Of a stretch of DNA of 64,000 bases, positions 23,717 to 31,894 are shown piece after piece (position 1 is the first letter of the stretch; the number at the start of each line of letters is the position of its first letter). The translations under genes and the position numbers were made by a program. The notes under the pieces were generated by a model that searched no databases, had not been told where the DNA came from, and saw nothing but the letters and a program-made list of their open reading frames with translations. The stretch lies in the sequence record NC_048047.1; one strand, written 5' to 3'.

Positions 23717-26077
23717 ATGGCCAAGCCGCTGATCGCGGCGACGAAGCGTCAACGCTTGTCGCCTGCGCATGTACCCCTGATTCCGACGGACATCCTTCTC
23801 GATCGCACCTCGATCCCGGCGGGCAGCCCGGCAGGCACCGTGATCGGCGTTTTGTCGGCCCTGCCCGAGGTGGGCGAGGTCGACTTCGTGCTGCTTGACG
23901 ATGCGGGCGGCAAGTTCGCGATCGCCGGCTCCAATCTGGTCGTGGGACCCACGCCATCCTCTGGCGACACGCTGCCCATCACGGTGCGCGCCATCGCCCG
24001 TTTCTCCAAGCTCTGGTTCGACAAGGTCTTTGGCATCGAGGTGCAGACCGTCGTCGCGCCGATCACGGTCACGCCGACCAATCCCACTATCCTCGAAAAC
24101 AGCGTCGCCGGCACCCAGGTCGCCGCGATTTCCTCGCCGGGCTCGACCCTGGCGCTGACGGACAGCGCCGGCAACCATTTTGCGCTGAACGGCAGCAACC
24201 TCCAGGCCGGCAGCGTTCCGACCGACTACGAGACGGCCACCAGCCACGACGTCGTCATTTCCGCGACCGCCAACGGCGACACCATCTCCAAGACGGTGAC
24301 CGTCCAGGTCATCAACGTCGTCGAGATCACCAACATCACCCTTTCGGCCAGCACCATCGCCGAGAACTCGGCGGCGGGGACCGTCGTGGGCGCTCTGGCC
24401 TCTGTCCCTGCCGGCGCGGCGCTGACCCTGATCAACAACGCCGGCAACCGCTTTGCCATCGACGGCAGCAACCGTCTGGTCGCAGGCAGCGTCGCCACCG
24501 ATTACGAGACCAACACCACCCATGACGTGACGGTGCGCGCCACCAAGGGTCCCGACGTCTACGACAAGACCTTCACGATCACCGTCACCAACGTCAACGA
24601 ATTGACCGACATCACCCTGTCGGCCAACACCATCGTCGAGAACTCGGCGGCCGGCACGGTCGTGGGCAATCTCGCAAGCGTGATCGCCGGCGCCTCGTTC
24701 ACCGTGACGAGCCAAACGCCGTCGGGGACCTACTTCACCGTCAACGGCTCCAACCAACTGGTCGCGGGGGCCACGGCGACCAACTATGAGGCCAACACCT
24801 CCCACTCCGTCACTGTCCAGGCGACGCGTGGGACCGACACCTTCTCCAAGGCCTTCACGATCAACGTCACCAACGTGACCGAGATCACTGACTTCACCTT
24901 GTCGGCCAACACCATCACCGAGGGCGCGGCCCAGACCACCCAGGTGGGCCTCTTCACTTCGACGCCCACGGGCGCGACCTACGCCTTGGCGCCGGGCAAC
25001 ACCGCCGGCACCCTATTCCAGGTTTCGGGCACGGCCCTCCAGGCTGGCGCGACCGCGACCAACTACGAGAACGCCACCAGCCACATCGTGAAGATTCGCG
25101 CCACCCGAGGCGGCGAAACCCTCGACAAGGACTTCACGATCAACGTCACCAACGTGGTCGAACTGAGCGACTTCACGCTGTCGGGCACGTCGATCGACGA
25201 GAACTCCGGCCAAGGCACGGGCGTGGGCACGCTGTCGTCGACCCCCACCGGCGCGACCTACAGCTTCGTGGCTCCCAACAGCAGCGCCGGCAGCCGCTTC
25301 CAGATCAGCGGCAATGCGCTCCAGGCCGGGCCGGTGTCGACCGACTACGAGTCCGCCACCAGCCACGCCATCACCATCCGCGCTTCTCGCGGCGGCGAGA
25401 CGATGGACAAGAACTTCACCATCAACGTCAACGACATCAACGAAGCGCCGCCGCCACCGGACCTGGATAGCTTCACGCTGACCGGCCGCACGATCGCCGA
25501 AAACTCGGGTGCGGGCACGGGTGTAGGCACCTTCTCGTCCAGCCCCTCGGGCGCCAGCTACACCCTGACCAACTCGGCTGGCGGGCGCTTTGCCATCTCT
25601 GGCACGTCCCTGGTCGCCGGCTCCACGCCGACCGACTACGAGACCGCGACTAGCCACACGATTTCCGTGAACGCGACGCGCGGCGCCACCACGCTCAGCG
25701 ACAGCTTCACGATCAACGTGACGGACGTCTCCGAAGGCGGTAGTCCAACCCTGAGCCCGGTGGCCGGTAGCTCCAACGCATCGGGCTTTGGTCTAGGCGC
25801 GGGCAATCAGGCCGTGACCTCTGGCGTGCAGGTCACGATTAACGGCAGCAACAACCCGTACTCGTTCGACTGGGAACTGGTCAGCGGTGATTCGCAAATC
25901 TTCAACGCCACGACCTCCTCGGGCACTACGAACCGAGCAGGCGACGTCGGTTACTGGTACATGGCCATGGGCGACCGCCCAGCCGACCGCAACGCGGTTT
26001 GGCGATGCAAGGTCACCGACTCGTTGGGCAACTACGGGTACACCAACAACGTCAGCGTCCACTGCCAGCAGACTTAA
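23717..26077 (+). CDS. Cadherin-like repeat protein (786 aa)
   Basis: About 6-7 approx. 97-aa repeats with ENS, TDYE/TNYE and NVNE/DINE cadherin Ca-binding-type motifs. Confidence 0.85.
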   Translation: MAKPLIAATKRQRLSPAHVPLIPTDILLDRTSIPAGSPAGTVIGVLSALPEVGEVDFVLLDDAGGKFAIAGSNLVVGPTPSSGDTLPITVRAIARFSKLWFDKVFGIEVQTVVAPITVTPTNPTILENSVAGTQVAAISSPGSTLALTDSAGNHFALNGSNLQAGSVPTDYETATSHDVVISATANGDTISKTVTVQVINVVEITNITLSASTIAENSAAGTVVGALASVPAGAALTLINNAGNRFAIDGSNRLVAGSVATDYETNTTHDVTVRATKGPDVYDKTFTITVTNVNELTDITLSANTIVENSAAGTVVGNLASVIAGASFTVTSQTPSGTYFTVNGSNQLVAGATATNYEANTSHSVTVQATRGTDTFSKAFTINVTNVTEITDFTLSANTITEGAAQTTQVGLFTSTPTGATYALAPGNTAGTLFQVSGTALQAGATATNYENATSHIVKIRATRGGETLDKDFTINVTNVVELSDFTLSGTSIDENSGQGTGVGTLSSTPTGATYSFVAPNSSAGSRFQISGNALQAGPVSTDYESATSHAITIRASRGGETMDKNFTINVNDINEAPPPPDLDSFTLTGRTIAENSGAGTGVGTFSSSPSGASYTLTNSAGGRFAISGTSLVAGSTPTDYETATSHTISVNATRGATTLSDSFTINVTDVSEGGSPTLSPVAGSSNASGFGLGAGNQAVTSGVQVTINGSNNPYSFDWELVSGDSQIFNATTSSGTTNRAGDVGYWYMAMGDRPADRNAVWRCKVTDSLGNYGYTNNVSVHCQQT

Positions 26078-26079
26078 GC

Positions 26080-26106
26080 AAAAAGCCCGGCTTCGGCCGG
26101 GCTTTT
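26080..26106 (+). terminator. Intrinsic terminator
   Basis: AAAAGCCCGGC-TTCG-GCCGGGCTTTT. Confidence 0.85.
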
Positions 26107-26182
26107 CATTTGACGGCGTCACCGCGCCGCGTATGGTGGCCTCACGGCGGAGAGATCGCGCCGTTCAGAAGGAGAAACCAAC

Positions 26183-26713
26183 ATGACCATGATCGTCAAG
26201 ATCATGACGGGCCATGACCTGCCCGACGATTCCCCCTACAAGAGCTTCACCCTGGTGTCGGACGTCAAGAGCCTGACGTTCCATACCCAGACCGACGGCG
26301 AAGGTCGACGCCATTCCTACATGCGCGCCTATATCGCTGATCCGGTGAAGACCGCCGAGGTCCAGGGCTTCAGCGAACACGAGGTCCTCTACGACATTCC
26401 GGCCCAGGCCAATGTCTACGTTATGAACGGCAACGGCAAGACCATCTCGTCCTGGACCCCGCCGCCTGCCGACAGCCAGGGCAAGGTCGACAACGTCACG
26501 CCCCTCCAATTCGTCGACGTCGGCAAAGAGACCATTTATGGTCGCCAAGAGCGCTACTGCGTCCTTCGCGCGGCCGACTTCTTGCCGAAGAAAGCGGCTG
26601 AGTTGGCGGGCTTTGAGCCCGTCGACGAGATCATCAAAGCGCTGGAATCCGATCCCCTGCTGGCGGATCAAATCAGGCAGTTGAAGGCCAAGGCCAAGCC
26701 GTCGTTCGAGTAG
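26183..26713 (+). CDS. Hypothetical protein (176 aa)
   Basis: AAGGAG RBS and good codon bias. Confidence 0.8.
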   Translation: MTMIVKIMTGHDLPDDSPYKSFTLVSDVKSLTFHTQTDGEGRRHSYMRAYIADPVKTAEVQGFSEHEVLYDIPAQANVYVMNGNGKTISSWTPPPADSQGKVDNVTPLQFVDVGKETIYGRQERYCVLRAADFLPKKAAELAGFEPVDEIIKALESDPLLADQIRQLKAKAKPSFE

Positions 26714-26721
26714 GCCCAGAG

Positions 26722-26790
26722 GGCCTGTCAAGAAAAATCACTGTCACCCCGACACGTTTCTTGACAGGCCCATATGGCCTGATGTATAAG
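26722..26790 (+). promoter_or_regulatory. Promoter of tRNA array 3 with a 14-bp inverted repeat over the -35 box
   Basis: GGCCTGTCAAGAAA (26722-35) and TTTCTTGACAGGCC (26757-70); TTGACA-18 nt-TATAAG. Confidence 0.7.
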
Positions 26791-26797
26791 CCACCTC

Positions 26798-26896
26798 ATG
26801 AGCAAGATGTATCGTCAATTTGTGCGCCAGATTCAGTCGGTCCGAGTTAATCGGACGGGCCTTTCGCGCATGGTTGACGGTGGGACCTTCATCTAG
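26798..26896 (+). CDS. 32-aa leader peptide MSKMYRQFVRQIQSVRVNRTGLSRMVDGGTFI of tRNA array 3 (probably leaderless mRNA)
   Basis: ATG lies 7 nt after the -10 box; at codons 5-19, 14 of 15 residues are amino acids of the 8 downstream tRNAs. Confidence 0.75.
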   Translation: MSKMYRQFVRQIQSVRVNRTGLSRMVDGGTFI

Positions 26897-26926
26897 GGTT
26901 CCAACCCCGCTCAAACCCATCCTGCG

Positions 26927-26963
26927 AAGGCCCGTCCGATCTCTCGGACGGGCCTTTTCTTTT
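26927..26963 (+). terminator. Attenuator terminator (3:4) upstream of tRNA array 3
   Basis: AAGGCCCGTCCGA-tctc-TCGGACGGGCCTT-TTCTTTT; the 3' arm is duplicated exactly at 26851-26863. Confidence 0.85.
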
Positions 26964-27010
26964 GTCTTCAAGCCAAGGAGTTTCGCCATGCAAGGCGATG
27001 CCTATCGCTC

Positions 27011-27096
27011 GGGCCGGCTGGGCACGAGCGAGCCCAAGGACCTGTAAAGTCCCCGTGTAAAAGCTGTGGTGGTGCAAATTCCACTCCGGCCCACCA
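27011..27096 (+). tRNA. tRNA-Tyr(GTA), atypical
   Basis: gggccgg/ccggccc acceptor stem; ggac-ct GTA aa-gtcc; non-canonical D- and T-loops; ACCA end. Confidence 0.75.
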
Positions 27097-27128
27097 AATT
27101 CCCGCAGAGTCCGAGTAATCGGCCCTGC

Positions 27129-27200
27129 GCTTCAGTAGCTCAGCGGTAGAGCGCCTCGGTGACATCGAGGAGGTCGTAGGTTCAAGCCCTACCTGAAGCA
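27129..27200 (+). tRNA. tRNA-Val(GAC), no encoded CCA
   Basis: cctcg-gt GAC at-cgagg; separated from tRNA-Ile by a single C. Confidence 0.9.
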
Positions 27201-27201
27201 C

Positions 27202-27277
27202 GCTAGGTTAGCTCAGTTGGTAGAGCACTCGATCGATAATCGAGATGTCACAGGTTCGAGCCCTGTACCTAGCACCA
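27202..27277 (+). tRNA. tRNA-Ile(GAT), C at position 33
   Basis: ctcga-tc GAT aa-tcgag; CCA end. Confidence 0.9.
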
Positions 27278-27284
27278 GACACTT

Positions 27285-27359
27285 TATACGGTTTAGCGTA
27301 TATTCGAGAAATATACGGTTTAGCGTATAATCCATTAGACAAATACGGAATTCCGTATA
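27285..27359. repeat. Three palindromic TATACG-N6-CGTATA boxes
   Basis: 27285-27302 and 27312-27329 are identical 18-mers; 27342-27359 is AATACG-GAATTC-CGTATA. Confidence 0.85.
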
Positions 27360-27393
27360 TTCGATGAGGTGAAGAACGAGAGGAACAAGATAC

Positions 27394-27468
27394 GGGCCGG
27401 TAGCTCAGTGGTAGAGCGCTGCTGTCACATAGCAGATGTCGAGTGTTCGAGACACTCCCGGCCCACCA
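27394..27468 (+). tRNA. tRNA-Val(CAC)
   Basis: ctgct-gt CAC at-agcag; CCA end. Confidence 0.9.
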
Positions 27469-27473
27469 GTTGT

Positions 27474-27547
27474 TGGGGCATGGTGTAATGGTAGCACATT
27501 GGAGTTTGGTTCCAGGAGTCCAGGTTCGAGTCCTGGTGCCCCAGCCA
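27474..27547 (+). tRNA. tRNA-Gln(TTG)
   Basis: ttgga-gt TTG gt-tccag; GCCA end. Confidence 0.9.
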
Positions 27548-27605
27548 ACTAATGAAGACAACGAGGACTGATGTGACCAGTCCAGTGGAGAAGAGACAGG
27601 TTTGT

Positions 27606-27680
27606 TCCCGAGTAGCTCAGTGGTAGAGCGGCTCGCTGTTAACGAGAAGGTCGCAGGTTCGATCCCTGCCTCGGGAGCCA
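27606..27680 (+). tRNA. tRNA-Asn(GTT)
   Basis: ctcg-ct GTT aa-cgag; GCCA end. Confidence 0.95.
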
Positions 27681-27694
27681 ATACTTTTCCCCAC

Positions 27695-27773
27695 GCCCGG
27701 TTAGCTCAGCGGAATTAAGAGCAACGCCCTACGAAGGCGGAGGTCGGGGGTTCGAATCCCTCACCGGGTGCCA
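27695..27773 (+). tRNA. tRNA-Arg(ACG)
   Basis: cgcc-ct ACG aa-ggcg; GCCA end. Confidence 0.95.
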
Positions 27774-27799
27774 TTTTTACTGATGCAGGTCAAACCTGC

Positions 27800-27876
27800 G
27801 GGGGAGTAGCTCAGCCCGGTAGAGCACGGGATTGAAAATCTCGGTGTCGGCGGTTCAAATCCGCCCTCCCCCACCA
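27800..27876 (+). tRNA. tRNA-Phe(GAA)
   Basis: cggga-tt GAA aa-tctcg; ACCA end. Confidence 0.95.
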
Positions 27877-27897
27877 GTTTCTCGGTGACCGCGAGGC

Positions 27898-27931
27898 GGC
27901 CGTCAGGATGTTCGATCCTGGCGGCCTTTTT
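27898..27931 (+). terminator. Terminator closing tRNA array 3
   Basis: GGCCGTCAGGAT-gttcg-ATCCTGGCGGCC-TTTTT. Confidence 0.8.
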
Positions 27932-28077
27932 CATGGATCAAGGGTCACGGAGTCGGGTTCTCGACTTACGCGGAAGTTCTGGATTAAGTAAAACGTCAGG
28001 ATGTATTTTGCAACGCAGCGCCGTGACGCGAATCTTGACACAGAGCACATCCTACCCTACCCTGCAACAAATTTTCA

Positions 28078-28272
28078 ATGGCTCAAGTCGGGGACGCGAG
28101 CATGGCCCATGCCACAGACCGTCCTCCTGAAGCGGCTTCGGAGGAAACCGAACAAACGCCGCGCAGGATGCACGCCATGAAGACGCTCATCGAGCATCTG
28201 CGTCAAGCCCAGATCGAGGCTGAAGCAGAGCACAACGCCCACACCGCGACGCCTCTGTCGAAGGAGGCCTAA
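28078..28272 (+). CDS. Hypothetical protein (64 aa; true start may be a later ATG)
   Basis: Downstream of a TTGACA promoter (28035); its end carries the AGGAGG RBS of the next gene. Confidence 0.5.
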   Translation: MAQVGDASMAHATDRPPEAASEETEQTPRRMHAMKTLIEHLRQAQIEAEAEHNAHTATPLSKEA

Positions 28273-28275
28273 GTC

Positions 28276-28617
28276 ATGTCCTCGGCCAACACCACCGCCC
28301 AGTCGCGCGAGCGTCACCTGCAAATCCAACTCTTCGAGTCGATCAACGACAAGCTCGACAAGGTCGACGTGCGCTTCGACAAGGTCGAGGATCGTTTCGA
28401 CAAGCTGTCGGACTCGATCACCGATGTCTCGACTCGCCTGACCCGCATCGAAGCCTCGGACGTCGCCTCGCGCGTCCAAAAGCTCGAAGACACCATCCAC
28501 CAGACCGACACCCGCATCACCAAGCTGGAGACGATCCTGCTGCCGGTCACGGGCCTGGGCTCGGCCCTCGCCGGCGCCCTGGTGACCTGGGCCTTCAACC
28601 TTTTGCCTCACACCTAA
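28276..28617 (+). CDS. Coiled-coil protein with a C-terminal transmembrane helix (XhlA/holin-like architecture)
   Basis: DKLDKVDVRFDKVEDRFDKL heptads and a hydrophobic ILLPVTGLGSALAGALVTWAF tail. Confidence 0.75.
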   Translation: MSSANTTAQSRERHLQIQLFESINDKLDKVDVRFDKVEDRFDKLSDSITDVSTRLTRIEASDVASRVQKLEDTIHQTDTRITKLETILLPVTGLGSALAGALVTWAFNLLPHT

Positions 28618-28764
28618 GGTTTAGCTTAAGCATAAGCTAGACCATAAAGTGCGACAACCTACCTCAGGTTAAAATTTCCTAAACACGCCTCCGCGCCTCT
28701 TGTTCCCGAAAAAACTCCCTGTACGGTCATCGTCAACAGCGACCCAGGGCGTAGAGGAGAGAAC

Positions 28765-28986
28765 ATGCTGGCCGCCGCAACCGCTTACAGCCAACAGGAG
28801 AGCAATCACCTGGAGGCCGTAGAAGAGGCCCACGAGGGCCTGATCCTGTCGACCACCACCCTTACCGAACTGTGCTCGGAGCCCCTGTCTGACATGGGCA
28901 TCGCGCGGATGTCGAAGCTGATCGCCCAGGTTAACCAGGACGTGATGCTGACCATCGAAGCTTGGAAGGCCAGTAAAACCGTGTAG
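28765..28986 (+). CDS. Hypothetical protein (73 aa)
   Basis: GAGGAG RBS. Confidence 0.7.
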   Translation: MLAAATAYSQQESNHLEAVEEAHEGLILSTTTLTELCSEPLSDMGIARMSKLIAQVNQDVMLTIEAWKASKTV

Positions 28987-29019
28987 CCCCTCGGTCCGAG
29001 GGGCCTGAAGGGAGTCCCT

Positions 29020-29898
29020 TTGACTGACCTGCTTCCCGAAGACATGTTCGAGGCTCGTCCTCTGAACAAGGCCGCTGTTCGAGCCCAACGTCGCGCCGCC
29101 GCCAAGAATCAACCTGCTTCGGACCGCCGTCAACGTGCTGGGGACCAACCCGGCGCCAAGCCCCTAGAAGCCAAGACGGCGAAGCAAGCCGAGTACATCG
29201 CCCATCTCCAGGCCGGCAAGTCTGTGGCTGCCACAGGCGGCGCCGGTACGGGCAAGACCTACGTCGCCGCCCGCGTTGGAGCGCGGGGCCTGATCGAGGG
29301 TCGATTCGAAAAGATCGTCCTCTGCCGCGTCGCCGTCTCCAAGCCTAAGCATGCGATGGGCTTTCTGCCCGGCAAGATCGAAGACAAGCTCAAGCCCTGG
29401 CTGGTTCCCGTGATCGACGGCCTCCGCGCCGAGGTCTCGGCCGGTACGCTCGATGAGTGGAAGGCCAAGGGCATGTTCGAAGTCGTCGCCTTCGAGCACA
29501 TGCGGGGCCGCACCTTCAGCAACGCCTTCGTCATCCTCGACGAGGCCCAGAACGCCGACTTCGGCGATCTAAAGCTGTTCCTGACCCGCACCGGCGCCAA
29601 CAGCCAGATCGTGCTGACCGGCGACATGGACCAGATCGACATCCCCAACTCGGGCCTCTCTGAGGTCATCGACATGATCCTGGACTACGATGTCCCGGTC
29701 GAGGTCGTGCAGTTCACGTCGGCCGACGTCGTGCGCTCGGCCCTGGCCAAGGCCTTCGTCCAGGCGTTCGAGCGTCATGCCGCGACCAAGAAGGCCCTGG
29801 CCGACGGACAGCGCCACGATCCACCGAATGGCGCGTTTCTTGACCGCGCCCCCGCTTTCCTCAACAATGGTGTGTCGGCGCAGAGACTCGCCGCCTAG
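29020..29898 (+). CDS. phoH: PhoH-family ATPase
   Basis: GGAGTGKT Walker A, MGFLPG, EHMRGRTF, ILDEAQN, GDMDQID and VVRS motifs. Confidence 0.95.
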   Translation: MTDLLPEDMFEARPLNKAAVRAQRRAAAKNQPASDRRQRAGDQPGAKPLEAKTAKQAEYIAHLQAGKSVAATGGAGTGKTYVAARVGARGLIEGRFEKIVLCRVAVSKPKHAMGFLPGKIEDKLKPWLVPVIDGLRAEVSAGTLDEWKAKGMFEVVAFEHMRGRTFSNAFVILDEAQNADFGDLKLFLTRTGANSQIVLTGDMDQIDIPNSGLSEVIDMILDYDVPVEVVQFTSADVVRSALAKAFVQAFERHAATKKALADGQRHDPPNGAFLDRAPAFLNNGVSAQRLAA

Positions 29899-29990
29899 CC
29901 TCATAGACTAGCCGCCGTAATGGCAGGGCTCCGGGACAGGTGCAGGAGTGCGCCCGGCTCGGAGCCCACCCACATCCCTGGAATCCCTCA

Positions 29991-30533
29991 ATGTCCTTCA
30001 CCTTCGTCGTGGAGACGGGTCAGGCCCTGCCGGACGCCAACTCCTACAGCAACATCGAGTTCGCCGACGACTACGTCGAGATGGACATCCACCGTTCGGG
30101 AGAATGGCTGGGACTTGACGAGGATGTCAAGGAGAGATTGCTGGCGCGCGCCAGCAAGATGCTCGACAGCCGCGTGAAGTGGAAGGGCAAGAAGTACGAC
30201 CGCGATAGCGGCCTGCAATGGCCCCGCATCGACGTCCTCGACGAGGACGGCTACCCGATTTCCGACGATGAGGTCCCGCAGATCGTTCGCGAGGCCACCG
30301 TCGAGTACGCCAAGTATTTCATGGATGAGGACGTGGTCGCCGGCTCGACCATCTCCAACTACCGCGAAATCCAGGTCGACGTGATCGAACTGAAGATCAA
30401 CAACGAAACCAATCCGGCTCTGGTGCCCGACGTCGTCAAGACGATGATCGAGAACTCGGGCCTGGGCACCGTTGATGACGGCACCTCCACCACCAATGGT
30501 CGGATGGGCTTCAAGAAGATTCGCCGCACCTAA
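29991..30533 (+). CDS. Head-tail adaptor (DnaT-like phage connector family)
   Basis: FVVETG...DANSY...AD.Y...L.RAS..LD....W.G......LQWPR pattern; position in the morphogenesis module. Confidence 0.75.
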   Translation: MSFTFVVETGQALPDANSYSNIEFADDYVEMDIHRSGEWLGLDEDVKERLLARASKMLDSRVKWKGKKYDRDSGLQWPRIDVLDEDGYPISDDEVPQIVREATVEYAKYFMDEDVVAGSTISNYREIQVDVIELKINNETNPALVPDVVKTMIENSGLGTVDDGTSTTNGRMGFKKIRRT

Positions 30534-30913
30534 TGGCGTCGCTCTCCAAGGTCATCCAGCGCGGCGTCGATACCGCCTTCAAGGCGATCGGTGACATCGC
30601 CAAGCCCGGCATGTGGCGTCAAATCCGCACGACGGGCACCAACGCCATCGACATCAATGGCGGCGTGCCGATCCAGCCCTACACCGACTATCCGCTCCCG
30701 CGCGTGGTCTTCGCCCGCTTCAAGCAGGAAGAGACCGACCACACCACCATCACCCTGAATGACCAGAAGGTCCTCTTCCCGCGCCAGGACCTGCCGGTCG
30801 AGCCGGCCGACAGCGACGCGGTGATCGATAGCAAGGGCCGCCTGTGGCAGGTGGTGCGGGTGATGAGCCCGCCGGCTGACGCCGTGGTGATCTGCCAAGT
30901 CCGAGCCTCCTAA
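30533..30913 (+). CDS. Head-closure/stopper-like protein
   Basis: Synteny and TAATG coupling. Confidence 0.6.
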   Translation: MASLSKVIQRGVDTAFKAIGDIAKPGMWRQIRTTGTNAIDINGGVPIQPYTDYPLPRVVFARFKQEETDHTTITLNDQKVLFPRQDLPVEPADSDAVIDSKGRLWQVVRVMSPPADAVVICQVRAS

Positions 30914-31419
30914 TGGCGCGCGGCGGCGGCCACATGTTTTCGGCGCAGGCCGGTGGCAACTGGCGCAAGGCGCTTCAGCAGTACGCCGCCGACGTCAACC
31001 GCGCCTATATCCGCTACGTCGACCGTTTCGCCGTGGCCCTAAATGAGAATCTGCTGGGCAACACCCCGGTCTGGGAAGGCACCACGATCCGAAATTGGAA
31101 CTGGTCGATCGGTGTCGCCGACCGCAGCGGCTATTCGCCGGCCGAAGGTGACCTGCCGCCCGGCCCGACCAACAAGATGCCCCTGGGCGCCGAACCGCGT
31201 CGCCCCGCCAACGAGGCGACCGAGATCGGCGACTTCGAGAATTTCCGCCGGCAATTGGCCGCCCAGACCAAGCCGGTCAACATCTACGTGACCAACACCG
31301 CCCCCAACGCCGTCTCCCTCGAATACGGCATGCTGCCCACCCCGGCCACCTCGCGTCGCAAGAAGGGCATGCTGCTGCTGTCCCTCGTGGAGACCCTGGC
31401 GGCCATGGGTGTGCGCTAG
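30913..31419 (+). CDS. Tail-completion (HK97 gp10-like) neck protein
   Basis: TPVWEG....NW.WS ... IYVTNTAPNAVSLEYG pattern; synteny. Confidence 0.7.
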   Translation: MARGGGHMFSAQAGGNWRKALQQYAADVNRAYIRYVDRFAVALNENLLGNTPVWEGTTIRNWNWSIGVADRSGYSPAEGDLPPGPTNKMPLGAEPRRPANEATEIGDFENFRRQLAAQTKPVNIYVTNTAPNAVSLEYGMLPTPATSRRKKGMLLLSLVETLAAMGVR

Positions 31420-31444
31420 GCCCGTTTCTTGCTAGGAGAGCCAG

Positions 31445-31894
31445 ATGGCTGACGAAACCTTCGCCTTCGAGGAACTGCGCAAGCGCTTTCTCACCGAAGC
31501 TATCCAGGCCGCCAACACGGCGGGCCTAGGCGACGTCTTCAAGACGCCGGGTTTTCCGTTCGTCCAGCCCCAGGCCCAGCCGTGGGTCGAGTTCTCCTAT
31601 GAGGTTGGCAAGACCTTCCCCGCCAGCCTGGGCGCCGGCGAGGACCTGGACGCACCCGACTACACCGTCGGCATCTTCCAGTTCGACGTCTATGTGCCCG
31701 AAGACAGCGGCACGGGGCCGGGCACGATCCTGGGTGAGAAGCTGCGCAAGCAGGTCAATCGCAAGGAGTGGCTGGTCGGAGATGTGGGCCACGTCAAGCT
31801 CGGGGCGTTCTCCACCCAGCCGGTGAACACCACCATGAAGGGCTGGAACTGCATCTGCGTGCGCGGAAGCTACGGCTTCTGGCATCGAGGCTAA
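31445..31894 (+). CDS. Tail terminator-like protein
   Basis: GIFQFDVYVPEDSGTG pattern; directly before the tail tube gene. Confidence 0.7.
   Translation: MADETFAFEELRKRFLTEAIQAANTAGLGDVFKTPGFPFVQPQAQPWVEFSYEVGKTFPASLGAGEDLDAPDYTVGIFQFDVYVPEDSGTGPGTILGEKLRKQVNRKEWLVGDVGHVKLGAFSTQPVNTTMKGWNCICVRGSYGFWHRG

Noticed and set aside
27285-27359. Mini CRISPR array
   Set aside because: The repeats are only 18 bp with 9-12 bp spacers and there are no cas genes.
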